DNA from: Gammaproteobacteria bacterium
GTDB taxonomy: Bacteria; Pseudomonadota; Gammaproteobacteria; SZUA-152
Direction of reading: 5' to 3'
Length of the DNA: 64,000 bases
NCBI GenBank assembly: GCA_021647705.1
Contig: JAKIUF010000005.1
Span: forward strand, 43,936-107,935
Shown: in pieces, positions 21,583-31,928 of the stretch
Layout of the letters: the number at the start of each line of letters is the position of its first letter
How positions within the stretch are numbered: position 1 is the stretch's first letter
Position numbers and translations under genes: made by a program
The notes under the pieces: model-generated
The model's input: the letters and a program-made list of their open reading frames with translations, nothing else
Told to the model about the DNA's origin: nothing
The model's database searches: none

Positions 21583-24500
21583 TTATGCCGCAATATCTTC
21601 CTGATTATCAATTTGTAATTGATCGCGGCATTTGTGCGCCAAAGCGGATATTGAACTACTGCCAATCAACTCCAGCGCTGAAACCGATACTCCCAGAGTT
21701 GCATCCAAACTCACACGGATCTCTGTTGCCATCAGGGAATCAACACCCAGTGATTCCAGAGGGCGGGACGGGTCAATCTGTTCTACCGGCATTTTTAATG
21801 CTGTGGCAAAAACCTCTGACACCAATGAAGTCAGCACTTGTGTTTGCACTTCCTGATCCAGCACCGCAAGTTTTGCTGACAAACGTGACTTGACAGAATC
21901 ATCATGTTCTTCCCTTGCGTCCTCAAGCACTGTGCGATAGCGCGATGAATGAACCGCATTTATCTCATACCCACTCCATTTTCCCCATTCGGGCTGAGAG
22001 GAAATACTGATATTGACCTGGCCCGTTGATATTGCACGCTCCATACCATTCAATCCCAGATTAAATGAGAGCGGTGAAAGCCCGATTTGAGTCAGGTGAT
22101 CACCGATCTTGCTATCCTGACTCAACATGCCCACAGAACCAATTGCACCCCAGTTGATACTCATGCCTGCTTGGTTATGCAACTGGCGATACCTTGCCAA
22201 GGCATCAAGAAAACCATTTGCCGCACAATAATTAGCCTGACGGCTATTACCCAGCAAAACAGAAATGGAGGAGTACAAAACAAAATGATCTAGTTTATGC
22301 ACCTGTGTGGTGACGTGAAGATTCCAGGCACCTAATGCTTTGGGAAGCATGACCTTGTGCATGTCCTCTTTTGTCATTTTTTCAATGGGTTTGTCTTCCA
22401 GCAAACCTGCGGTATGGAAAACCCCCTTAAAGGGCATCCCTATTCCTTCGATCATCTTGATCATATTCTGAACGGAAGCCGTCTTTGAAAGATCACAGGG
22501 TTGTGCCGTGGCATGCGACCCCATGGCGGCTAGCGTCTCCATAAATACTTGGTCATCACGACTCTCTCCGGCCCTTCTGCTACACAACACAATATGTCCA
22601 GCCCCGCGTCTGGCCAGCCATTTTGCCGTCTCTTTTCCCAGGCCGCCAAACCCTCCTGTGACAAGATAAACAGCATCGGGAAAAATATTAACGGTATCCA
22701 TTGCCTGTGCAGGCAACTCTGAATCATCATCAAAATTCAGCACTAAATTATCATCTGTCATTGATGGACCATGATGAACAAACTGTTTTAATTTCGTGCT
22801 TTGTCCTTTGAATTTTTCTGTATTGCCTGTCATCACCTCATGCAAGCATTGAACAACTTGTGCTTTGTTATTTTTCAGGTCACTGGCCAGACTGTAACGA
22901 ATCATCGAACCTATGTTGTACCGACACATAAAGGCACTTTCATTATTCGCAAGGTCAACAACAATACCGCCCTGTACCAGCATATTAAACCCAAAAAATT
23001 TGTCCCATTCCTCAACAGGTACGGCAAGTAGCGAAATGTTTTTATCACCAACAATATCGTCTATTGAAGTCTTGCCCCAATCGTGTTGGTTCGCCGACAC
23101 CGTGATAACGTCGATTTGTTTTTCCTTAAGCAGGGATGAGAGCGCCTGACCCAGCGCGTTCTCACATACCAGCGCGGTTGATCCCGCAGACAGTGAAACA
23201 GCATTCATGATCCGTCGGGCAGAAACCCTGCAAATTGCCTCGCTGGCAACAAAAGACGCTGATACAGCATTATCAATTTTCACCAACAACCCTGCATCCA
23301 GAGATATCAGAGCATGAGAAGAAAGTGCGAAAGGAATAATTCCCGCAACACGATCACCTACATTATAATCACTTACATTCATGCCAACACGAGTTATGCG
23401 AGCACACACTCCTGTCAATCCAAGTTCACTGGCATTGTCCTGAGAGCCGGTTATATTTTTGGGCAGATTAATCGTCTCAATTTTTAATTCAACCTCATCG
23501 GCAGCAACTTTAGGTGCCGCCATCTCGATTAATCCAAAAGCATTTCCATTCTCTGCTGGCATCAACTCAAACCTGTCATTCGACCCGGCAGACAGTGTCG
23601 TTTCATGAGCTTCCAAAAATATCCCTGACGGCAACAATTCCGAGAAATAACGCCCCGAACTTCGTAATGCAACTTCATCTTTATTACGATTAGAAAGAAG
23701 CTCTTTCAACAATGCCGTAATATTTTCATCATCAACCATTTTTGGCAGATCAATAATAGTGGTATTGAGATTTTTTATTTCATTGAACGCCACCCGACTC
23801 AACCCCACCAACGCCCCCTGGGCCGGAATAATGCTGGTATCAAAAGTATCAATAATAAAGGCACTTCGCGTCACGATATAAAGCCGGGGAGTGGATGGGG
23901 CTTTTGCCAGTATTTGTATTAATTCGAGCAGGTGTGTACTGGCCTGTATCCCGACAGGGTCCAGAGCATTGTCATAACCTGAATCAGCCATATATAAAAC
24001 GGCATCAAATTTTGTTGTGTCTATGCTTCCCGATACCACTTCATCCATAGAGGCGACGGTACAGTCGGTGGTGGTCTGCTGTGTAATATTAGTGCATATC
24101 GTGCCGAAAATTGAGACATCACCCTCTTCAATAGCCAACCATTTTTTGTTGGCTATCGTAAAATCATCAAGCTCTTCAGCTTTCCACTCAAATCGGAGAT
24201 CACCCTCGGGATATTCTTTATGCTTATCTTTGTTCAGCAATGCCGAACAGACCAAGCCATTGATACTGGCAACTATATTGCCATCCTCATCACACACCCA
24301 TAAATCACATTCGATTTTTCGTGCAGTGCGTTTCTTCATGCGACCATGACAATAAACTCGCGCAGGAAGTACACCGTAAATTTTCATTTCATTAATCGCT
24401 GTTGGCAAAAATGTCCCTTTTTCAGGATCCAGCAAACATAATACGGTTTGCAGGCAACCATCCAGCAGACTTGGATGAACTTGATAGTGATGACTATCCT

Positions 24501-27500
24501 GAGCAAGGTCATCCGGTAAAACTAATTGGCTGATAACCTCACTGCCATTATCTTTCAAATAACAGCAGACTATTGGTTGAAACAGCGGCTTGTATTGCAT
24601 AGAAAATTTTGCAAAGTTCTGATAAACCTCATTAGCCTGTAGTGGTTTCTCAAGCCTTGTTAACAGATCTTGAATATCGACTCTGGAATTTCCAGCTGAG
24701 CGCAACGGATAAATAAACGCACTTGCATGCCGACTGACCTGATCAGGATTTTGTTCATCAAAACTTTTTACGGTAAATGTATCTCCCGCTTCATTCACGG
24801 TTACTTCCATATTGAGTGCTTTGTCTGAGTCAAGCACCAGCGCTTTCTCAATAGAAATATCCGTCAGTCGCCACCCCTTGCCCAAATCCATCGACGTGCC
24901 CTGAGCACATTCAATCATGGCTTCGATATACCCTGCGGCAGGCATAATGGAAAGCCCATCAACAACATGGTCTTGCAGATAATTCAACCGATAATCGGCG
25001 AGATCGCTACGCCACACATTGGCTGCGGGGATTTTCATTCCCAATAATGGGTGTTCAATATCGTCCAGGCGATCACGTCGCTGGGCCTCGGATTCACGCC
25101 ACAAAACTTCACGTTGCCAGGGATAAACAGGCAGCTTTATAAAGCGGCCCTCCGGGTGACGAAGCTGCCATTGCAGCTCGGCTCCTTCTGCATAGGCGGT
25201 AGCGATGGACTGATAAAAAGATTCAAGCTCCCGTTGTTTTCTGTTTAAAGTTTGACACAAATTTACTTCTGTTCCGGCATCAGTACAAATTTCCTTAATG
25301 GCATTACGCAATACAGGATGAGGGCCCACTTCGATAAACACACGGTAATCGTCATCAATCAATGTGCGTATTGCTTTTTCAAAATAAACGGGGTTGCGCA
25401 CATTTTCACACCAATAAGCAGCGTCATAACGTATGTCTGTTATGCATTCTCCAGTGACGGTTGAATAAAGCGGTATAGTGGGCTCAACAGGTGTCAGTGA
25501 TGACAGCTTCTCCATTAGTTCCGGCTTAAGTGGCTCCATCATGGGGCTGTGATAAGGCACTTCAACAGCCAATGCCCGGGCAAACACATCACGCGCTTCT
25601 AGTTGCGCTCGCAATTCATCCAGACAGTCGGAATCACCCGCCAGCGTCACCCCGGTGGGGCTGTTGATTGCGGCAATACTGACCTTTCCCTGGTAAGTCG
25701 TGATCGCTTCCAATGCCGCTTCGTGTGTTAAACCAACCGCCAGCATACCGCCCTGGTGTGCTGCTTTTTTCTGAATCTGGCTACGATAAAAAGCCACATG
25801 TAACGCATCTCGTAGGCTTAACATACCAGCAGCCCAGGCAGAACTTATCTCCCCCACCGAATGACCCACTACTGCCGCAGGCTCCAGGCCTTCCGATCGC
25901 ATTGTCTCGGTCAGCGCATATTGAATAACAAAATTTGCCGGTTGTGCGTATTGGGTTTCTGTAATGCGGGAATCTTTTTCAGACTTCATCATTTCCGCTT
26001 TAATGGAAAAATCGGCAATCTCTTGAAAGATTTTGTCAGCGTGCTCTACGGCTTCTCTGAACACAGCATTGCCTTGATAAAGCCCCTGACCCATCCCCCA
26101 CCATTGCGGCCCCATTCCCGTATAAATAAAAACAGGTTTTACCTGGCCAGTAAAAGGTTTACTGCCTTCCGCTGCCTGCGGTGAATATCCCTTCTCAACA
26201 TATTCACCCAATACACTAAGCATTTCCTTGTCATTTTTACCCCACAGTGCGAGACGATACTCCAGGTGTCCCCGTCGCCGTGAGGCTGAATAAATAACAT
26301 CATCCAGCTTGCTGCCAGAATGCAACAACTGTAAATAATCTTTCGCTAAGGTTTTTACGGCTTCCTGACTACGTGCAGAAATGGGTAACAATTTGCAAGA
26401 CTGTTTGCCAACCGTTCTTTTACACTCTCCCATTACCTCATTGTTTATTTCTGGAGGCAGGCTCAATATGGCATGCGCATTGGTACCACCATAACCAAAA
26501 GAGTTAATGGCAATACGTCGGGTTTCACCTTCCGCTGCCAACGAACTCAATTCTGTCGCCAGCATCAAGCCATTTTCACCAAAAGGAATATTGGGATTGG
26601 GTTCTTTAAATGTCGCCAGAGGCGGTACTTTGTTATGTTTTAACATCATGCAGACTTTGATGATGCTGGCAACACCGGCCGCCGCTTCCAGGTGTCCTAT
26701 ATTACTTTTCAAGGAGCCTATCTTGCATAAATCGGTACGCTGTTGACCGTAAACTGAAGCAATAGCTGATGCCTCTATGGGATCGCCCACCGGGGTGCCG
26801 GTTCCATGCGCTTCTACATATTGAATACTTTGCGCAGCCAGCGAGGCACGGGCAACCACCTTTTCCATCAAAACCTGTTGAGACTTCGCGCGGGGAACGG
26901 TAATGCCACTGGTACGGCCATCCTGATTAACACCCACAGCATCAACAATCGCCAGAATAGGATCACTGTCCGCCAATGCCTGCTGAAGTGATTTCAGAAT
27001 GACAACGCCAGCTCCTTCACCACGGCCATAACCATCTGCCCGTGAATCAAAACTTTTTGACAAGCCATCACGCGCCAGGAATTGCCCCTTTGACATGGCA
27101 ATCGGGTATTCCGGGCGCAACATAAAGTTTACCCCTCCGACAATAGCCATTTCACACACACCACTGCCAATGTCATTCACTGCATATGAAAACGCGACCA
27201 GTGAAGATGAACAGGCTGTATCAACAGAAATACTGGGACCGCGCAGATCATAAGCATATGAGAGACGATTGGAGAGCATGGTCAGTGTTGCACCGGAAGC
27301 ACTGTGTGTACCGATTTCACTTCGCGCACTACTGCCCAGTTGATTGAGCATATGATCCAGGGTAAATCCACCCACATAAACACCGACATCCCGCCCTGCC
27401 AATGTCGTCGGATCTATTCCCGCATCTTCCAGTGCTTCCCATGACACTTCCAGCAACAGGCGTTGCTGGGGGTCATAAAACTCTACTTCCCGAGGTGCAA

Positions 27501-27753
27501 AATTAAAAAACCCTGCATCAAATTCTTTATAATTCCAGTCAACAAAATGCCCTTTACGCACATATGATTTTCCGGATGCCGTGCCTTCCGTATTATAAAA
27601 CCGTTTCGCTTCCCAGCGATTTTGAGGAATATCACTTATTGCATTTTTACAATCGGCAATATTTTCCCAGAATGCGTCTGCTGTATTCGCACTTCCGGGG
27701 AAACGGCACCCCAGCCCGACAATCGCGATCTTTGATTCCTTATCAATATTCAT
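21583..27753 (-). CDS. Type I polyketide synthase, single fully reducing module (KS-AT-DH-ER-KR-ACP), 2056 aa
   Basis: KS active-site Cys DTACSSSLVA. AT serine GHSVGE. DH HPLLGMKIP...DGLSIMPAAGYIEA. MDR-type ER segment (...GDRVAGIIPF...). KR Rossmann VYLVTGGFGGLG with YxxxN (YCAAN). ACP LGVDSLMATE. Confidence 0.9.
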   Translation of the reverse strand: MNIDKESKIAIVGLGCRFPGSANTADAFWENIADCKNAISDIPQNRWEAKRFYNTEGTASGKSYVRKGHFVDWNYKEFDAGFFNFAPREVEFYDPQQRLLLEVSWEALEDAGIDPTTLAGRDVGVYVGGFTLDHMLNQLGSSARSEIGTHSASGATLTMLSNRLSYAYDLRGPSISVDTACSSSLVAFSYAVNDIGSGVCEMAIVGGVNFMLRPEYPIAMSKGQFLARDGLSKSFDSRADGYGRGEGAGVVILKSLQQALADSDPILAIVDAVGVNQDGRTSGITVPRAKSQQVLMEKVVARASLAAQSIQYVEAHGTGTPVGDPIEASAIASVYGQQRTDLCKIGSLKSNIGHLEAAAGVASIIKVCMMLKHNKVPPLATFKEPNPNIPFGENGLMLATELSSLAAEGETRRIAINSFGYGGTNAHAILSLPPEINNEVMGECKRTVGKQSCKLLPISARSQEAVKTLAKDYLQLLHSGSKLDDVIYSASRRRGHLEYRLALWGKNDKEMLSVLGEYVEKGYSPQAAEGSKPFTGQVKPVFIYTGMGPQWWGMGQGLYQGNAVFREAVEHADKIFQEIADFSIKAEMMKSEKDSRITETQYAQPANFVIQYALTETMRSEGLEPAAVVGHSVGEISSAWAAGMLSLRDALHVAFYRSQIQKKAAHQGGMLAVGLTHEAALEAITTYQGKVSIAAINSPTGVTLAGDSDCLDELRAQLEARDVFARALAVEVPYHSPMMEPLKPELMEKLSSLTPVEPTIPLYSTVTGECITDIRYDAAYWCENVRNPVYFEKAIRTLIDDDYRVFIEVGPHPVLRNAIKEICTDAGTEVNLCQTLNRKQRELESFYQSIATAYAEGAELQWQLRHPEGRFIKLPVYPWQREVLWRESEAQRRDRLDDIEHPLLGMKIPAANVWRSDLADYRLNYLQDHVVDGLSIMPAAGYIEAMIECAQGTSMDLGKGWRLTDISIEKALVLDSDKALNMEVTVNEAGDTFTVKSFDEQNPDQVSRHASAFIYPLRSAGNSRVDIQDLLTRLEKPLQANEVYQNFAKFSMQYKPLFQPIVCCYLKDNGSEVISQLVLPDDLAQDSHHYQVHPSLLDGCLQTVLCLLDPEKGTFLPTAINEMKIYGVLPARVYCHGRMKKRTARKIECDLWVCDEDGNIVASINGLVCSALLNKDKHKEYPEGDLRFEWKAEELDDFTIANKKWLAIEEGDVSIFGTICTNITQQTTTDCTVASMDEVVSGSIDTTKFDAVLYMADSGYDNALDPVGIQASTHLLELIQILAKAPSTPRLYIVTRSAFIIDTFDTSIIPAQGALVGLSRVAFNEIKNLNTTIIDLPKMVDDENITALLKELLSNRNKDEVALRSSGRYFSELLPSGIFLEAHETTLSAGSNDRFELMPAENGNAFGLIEMAAPKVAADEVELKIETINLPKNITGSQDNASELGLTGVCARITRVGMNVSDYNVGDRVAGIIPFALSSHALISLDAGLLVKIDNAVSASFVASEAICRVSARRIMNAVSLSAGSTALVCENALGQALSSLLKEKQIDVITVSANQHDWGKTSIDDIVGDKNISLLAVPVEEWDKFFGFNMLVQGGIVVDLANNESAFMCRYNIGSMIRYSLASDLKNNKAQVVQCLHEVMTGNTEKFKGQSTKLKQFVHHGPSMTDDNLVLNFDDDSELPAQAMDTVNIFPDAVYLVTGGFGGLGKETAKWLARRGAGHIVLCSRRAGESRDDQVFMETLAAMGSHATAQPCDLSKTASVQNMIKMIEGIGMPFKGVFHTAGLLEDKPIEKMTKEDMHKVMLPKALGAWNLHVTTQVHKLDHFVLYSSISVLLGNSRQANYCAANGFLDALARYRQLHNQAGMSINWGAIGSVGMLSQDSKIGDHLTQIGLSPLSFNLGLNGMERAISTGQVNISISSQPEWGKWSGYEINAVHSSRYRTVLEDAREEHDDSVKSRLSAKLAVLDQEVQTQVLTSLVSEVFATALKMPVEQIDPSRPLESLGVDSLMATEIRVSLDATLGVSVSALELIGSSSISALAHKCRDQLQIDNQEDIAA

Positions 27754-28618
27754 AATCCATTATCCTCACGGTAAACGTACAGACATTACCCATATTTCCC
27801 TATTTACTTTTCATCGATCACAACAAAAACATGACCTCCCCGTCAATCACAGATCAACTTAATATATTTTTGCATTGATGACGAACAACTTTATCACAGA
27901 AAAATATGTAATATTTACATTCCTACACAATCTCCTTATTCGACCACTAAATACTGTTATAAATTTATGGAAATAAAAAAAATAACTGTATATTTATAAT
28001 CGCTATTATTTTTATAAATAATATCTATCAGTATTTTTCTATCAATTTTTTGTTATACAAAATGCGCTTGATCACTTTGCACCCAAAAACCAAGGAACAC
28101 TCTCAACTAAGTCGGGTTAATTATGAAAATCAAAAAACTTGCTGCAAGAAAATAATTTTTCTTCGTTCACTCACAACACATTACACCCCGACAAAAATAT
28201 TTCGCTTACTGATTCCGGTTTTATTTTTTGAACGGAAAGGAAAAATGCTCGACAAAATTTTTCCAATACTGCTCAGAAAGCATTTTCAATACACCCGGTT
28301 ATTATTAAGTGCCCTGTATTTATTCAAATCTATCCTTTTTCCTGAATACGCTTCAATTGACAACACCCCTCAACTAAACAGGTAACATTACCCGGGAAGT
28401 TATACCCATAGCGTTTAGGACTCAGATCTGATTGAACACCTCACAATGAAATAACGATATACGTGTATTTTGTCTTGCCATGGAGAAAATATGCCCACAC
28501 GTAAACCTGAACCCCAAACGCCACGGGCATATGCCAAAAGTCTATTTATTTTTGCTTAACTGGGCAGTAGTGATAAAATGCAGGGATTTCCCCTACAAGA
28601 ACATACAAAGGAAGATTC
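27754..28618. other. 865-bp strongly AT-rich non-coding region upstream of the PKS operon (probable promoter/regulatory region; the 111-aa ORF inside is unlikely to be real)
   Basis: Long A/T runs (e.g. AAATAATAATTTTTATAAATAATATCTATCAGTATTTTTC). Composition differs sharply from the flanking genes. Confidence 0.5.
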
Positions 28619-29551
28619 ATGTCTGCGCTCATCTGTGGTTCCTATGCCTACGACACCATCATGGTGTTTCCGGACAAATTCAAACATCACATCCTGCCGG
28701 ACAAGGTGCATATGTTGAATGTGTCATTTCTGGTGCCTGAGATGCGCCGGGAATATGGTGGCTGTGCGGGCAACATCGCCTACAACCTCAAACTGCTGGG
28801 TGATGCCCCATTACCTATGGCAACCGTCGGCAAAGACTTTGACCTCTATGCCAACTGGATGGACCGATGCGATATCACACGCAATCACATCAAGGTTTAT
28901 GACAGCACCTTCACCGGTCAGGCCTTTATCACTACAGATCAGGATGACAATCAGATTACTGCCTTCCATCCCGGTGCCATGAATCTCTCCCACGAGAATC
29001 AGGTCTCTGATGCTGAAGGCGTCACTATCGGCATTGTTTCTCCCGATGGTCGTGACGGCATGATTCAACATGCACAGCAATTTGCCGAAGCCAACATTCC
29101 GTTTATTTTTGATCCCGGCCAAGGCATGCCCATGTTTGACGGTACAGACCTGCTGCGCTTTGCTGAACAAGCCACCTGGATCACCCTCAATGATTATGAA
29201 GCTCAGTTATTCGAAGAACGCACCGGTAAATCACCCCATGAAATTGCTGAAATGGTCGATGCCCTGATCATTACTCGGGGCGGCGAAGGTTCGCATATCT
29301 ATACCCGTGAACATCGCACTGAAATCCCTGCCGTTCCGGCCAAGCAACTGCTCGACCCCACCGGCTGTGGTGACGCCTACCGCGCCGGCCTGCTCCATGG
29401 CCTGATGCACGATATGGACTGGGAAACCACTGGGCGCATTGCCTCGTTAATGGGTGCCATAAAAATTGAACAGCACGGCACACAAAACCACAGTTTTACT
29501 CGTGATGCCTTTGATACGCTCTTTCAGGAGGCTTTTGGGCGTTCTATTTAA
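28619..29551 (+). CDS. PfkB-family carbohydrate/nucleoside kinase (ribokinase-like)
   Basis: Ribokinase-like N-terminal glycine-rich region. C-terminal DPTGCGDAYRAG is the PfkB ATP/anion-hole signature. Confidence 0.8.
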   Translation: MSALICGSYAYDTIMVFPDKFKHHILPDKVHMLNVSFLVPEMRREYGGCAGNIAYNLKLLGDAPLPMATVGKDFDLYANWMDRCDITRNHIKVYDSTFTGQAFITTDQDDNQITAFHPGAMNLSHENQVSDAEGVTIGIVSPDGRDGMIQHAQQFAEANIPFIFDPGQGMPMFDGTDLLRFAEQATWITLNDYEAQLFEERTGKSPHEIAEMVDALIITRGGEGSHIYTREHRTEIPAVPAKQLLDPTGCGDAYRAGLLHGLMHDMDWETTGRIASLMGAIKIEQHGTQNHSFTRDAFDTLFQEAFGRSI

Positions 29552-29641
29552 CCCAGGCTTAACATTCGTTCCCTATTAAAAGCATTACAGCCATCATCCC
29601 GATACGGATCGGGATGATGCACCCGCCAAAAACAGGCACTT

Positions 29642-31630
29642 GTGGATAGAAACACACCCGTGAAGGGCCGGACAATCACTCACAAACTCATTCAAAAGCT
29701 CGCTCCTCTCGGCCCTCTCGCTCCGGCCATCGCCTTTGCCTGCTTCTTTTTATTGTTTTTCAGTATCAGCCGTTTATTGCTCGCACTGGTTTATTTTTCA
29801 GAAATCAATGCTGTAAATGGCGCACTATGGCTATTTCCGGTGGGCGTGCGCATGGACGTGATGATTATTTCCGCCCTGCTACTCATCCCCACCCTTCTAC
29901 TATTACTCATGCCACCCTTCGCCCAACGCTGGTGGTATTTTTTTATTACCAGCCTGCTTGCCTTGTTCAGTATTGTGCTCATTTATTTTGAAATCACCAC
30001 ATACACCTTTTTGTCCGTTTACAATGCGCGGCCCAATCATTTGTTCGTGGAATATATGGCAAACCCTGGCACGGTGCTGGATATTGTGCTGACCAATTAC
30101 AAGTTGCCGTTGTTTTTCGGCCTGTTGGTAATGGCCGCCATCGGCGGGTGGATGGCACGCTTCACTTATCAGCTCATGTGCAATGCATCACAGTGGCTTT
30201 GGTGGAAACGTCTGCTGATTACACCGGTTGTTGTATTGTTGCTGATGCTGGGTATACGTTCATCGTTAAGTGACAGCCCGGCCAACCTAGGCAGTGCCGC
30301 TTTTTCAGAAGACAGCTTGGTTAACGAACTTGCCCTTAATTCCAGTTATGCCGTAGCTTACGCCACATATAACTTTTTTAATCAACAGCAAAACCTCGCA
30401 GAAAAATACGGCCACATGGCGGAAGATGAAATTATTCGTCGTGTACAACAACAAACCGGCCTACCCGCAACCGCTTTTGATGATCCGGCCATTCCGTTGG
30501 CTCATGTACAAACAGCCAACACGCCACTTGTCCAGCCACGCAACCTGGTCATCATTTTATCTGAAAGTCTCAGTGCAGAATTTATTGGCAGCCTGGGTGG
30601 TCTACCCCTATCACCGCAATTTGATGCGCTGAGCCAACAAGGTATTTTTTTCGACAATCTGTATGCCACGGGTAAGCGCACCAACCGCGGCCTGGAATCC
30701 GTTATTACCGGCGCATTACCCATTCCCTTCACCAGCGCCATTAAACTGCGTCTGGCACAGTCTGATTTTTTCACCTTACCTGCGCTGCTGAAAACTCACG
30801 GCTATCAAACCAGCTTTTTATACGGTGGTGATACCAACTTCGATAATATGCGACGTTTTCTCAGCTACAACGGTGTAGACCGGATTATTGAGGGTAGCGA
30901 CATCAACAATGCCCGTTTTCGCAACCACTGGGGAGTATCGGACGACGATATTTTCTCCACCGCCAATAACTTCTTTCGTACCCAAGCCGACAACGTCCAG
31001 CCTTTTGCCAGCATTATTCTCACGCTCTCCAACCATGAGCCCTTTGATTTTCCCGACAGTGATTTTGAGCTTTACGAACAACCCCGCGCCACACAAAACA
31101 ACGTCGCCAAATATGCCGACCATGCCCTTGGTCGTTTTTTTACGCAAGCCCGCACGGAAGCCTATTTCGACAACACCGTATTTCTCATTGTCGCTGACCA
31201 CGGCGTGGAAATTCAGGCTCGCGGGTTGATTCCTGCCGCCAAATATCATGTGCCCGCACTGATTCTCGGGCCCGACATTACACCGCAACGTATCAAGATA
31301 CTGGCCAGCCAAATTGACCTGCCACCCACCGTGCTGGGCCTGCTGGGCATTACCACACGCCATCCCATGCCCGGTCGCAACCTGCTGCGCCTGCCAGCTA
31401 ACCTCCCGGGGCGGGCCATTTATCATCTTGGCGGTACCTATGCCTATCAAATCGAAAACCGCGTGGTTTTGCTGCGCCCTGGCCATGCAAACCGCCAATA
31501 CCAACTTCGTGATAGCAAGCTCACACCAATGACGCTCGACGCCGAACTGGAAAAAGACGCCCTGGCTCACCTGCTGCTGCCCGACCTCCTGCATCGCCAA
31601 CAACGCTATCGGCTGTCAGCTCAACCCTGA
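29642..31630 (+). CDS. LTA-synthase/MdoB-like sulfatase-family membrane transferase (5 TM plus periplasmic alkaline-phosphatase-superfamily domain)
   Basis: GTG start. N-terminal multi-TM segment, then sulfatase-fold region (LVIILSESLSAEF..., VADHGVE). Confidence 0.7.
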   Translation: MDRNTPVKGRTITHKLIQKLAPLGPLAPAIAFACFFLLFFSISRLLLALVYFSEINAVNGALWLFPVGVRMDVMIISALLLIPTLLLLLMPPFAQRWWYFFITSLLALFSIVLIYFEITTYTFLSVYNARPNHLFVEYMANPGTVLDIVLTNYKLPLFFGLLVMAAIGGWMARFTYQLMCNASQWLWWKRLLITPVVVLLLMLGIRSSLSDSPANLGSAAFSEDSLVNELALNSSYAVAYATYNFFNQQQNLAEKYGHMAEDEIIRRVQQQTGLPATAFDDPAIPLAHVQTANTPLVQPRNLVIILSESLSAEFIGSLGGLPLSPQFDALSQQGIFFDNLYATGKRTNRGLESVITGALPIPFTSAIKLRLAQSDFFTLPALLKTHGYQTSFLYGGDTNFDNMRRFLSYNGVDRIIEGSDINNARFRNHWGVSDDDIFSTANNFFRTQADNVQPFASIILTLSNHEPFDFPDSDFELYEQPRATQNNVAKYADHALGRFFTQARTEAYFDNTVFLIVADHGVEIQARGLIPAAKYHVPALILGPDITPQRIKILASQIDLPPTVLGLLGITTRHPMPGRNLLRLPANLPGRAIYHLGGTYAYQIENRVVLLRPGHANRQYQLRDSKLTPMTLDAELEKDALAHLLLPDLLHRQQRYRLSAQP

Positions 31631-31928
31631 CTGAGCCCAGCCATGCAACGCTAAAAAGACGCTGCGACATGCCTACAACCAGGCAACAGCAGACCAAAGC
31701 CCATAAAAAGCAAATGGGCATAGGTAAATATACTGTTCCATACGGGCAAATACCATGACCCCTCTCCTGTAATTTCTCTGGTTTTAGGCCCGGCCAGCTT
31801 TTATACTCCACGCTGCTGAATAATGCAGGTTGCCCACATCGTCAGCCAGGAAGGCCAACGCCCCGGTAACAACGCCTAAGACAAGGCGCACTGCCCACCC
31901 AAAGCTGTATTTAGGAGTCAAACGCCCC

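Noticed and set aside
21585-27755. Multiple 60-110 aa ORFs on the plus strand inside the PKS gene (e.g. 22087-22293, 24017-24349, 25861-26184)
   Set aside because: They are antisense to a 6.2-kb gene with clear domain homology. These are typical shadow ORFs.
28050-28385. 111-aa ORF in the AT-rich region
   Set aside because: Low-complexity, AT-driven reading frame without RBS or homology. AT-rich DNA yields long random ORFs rich in K/I/L/F.
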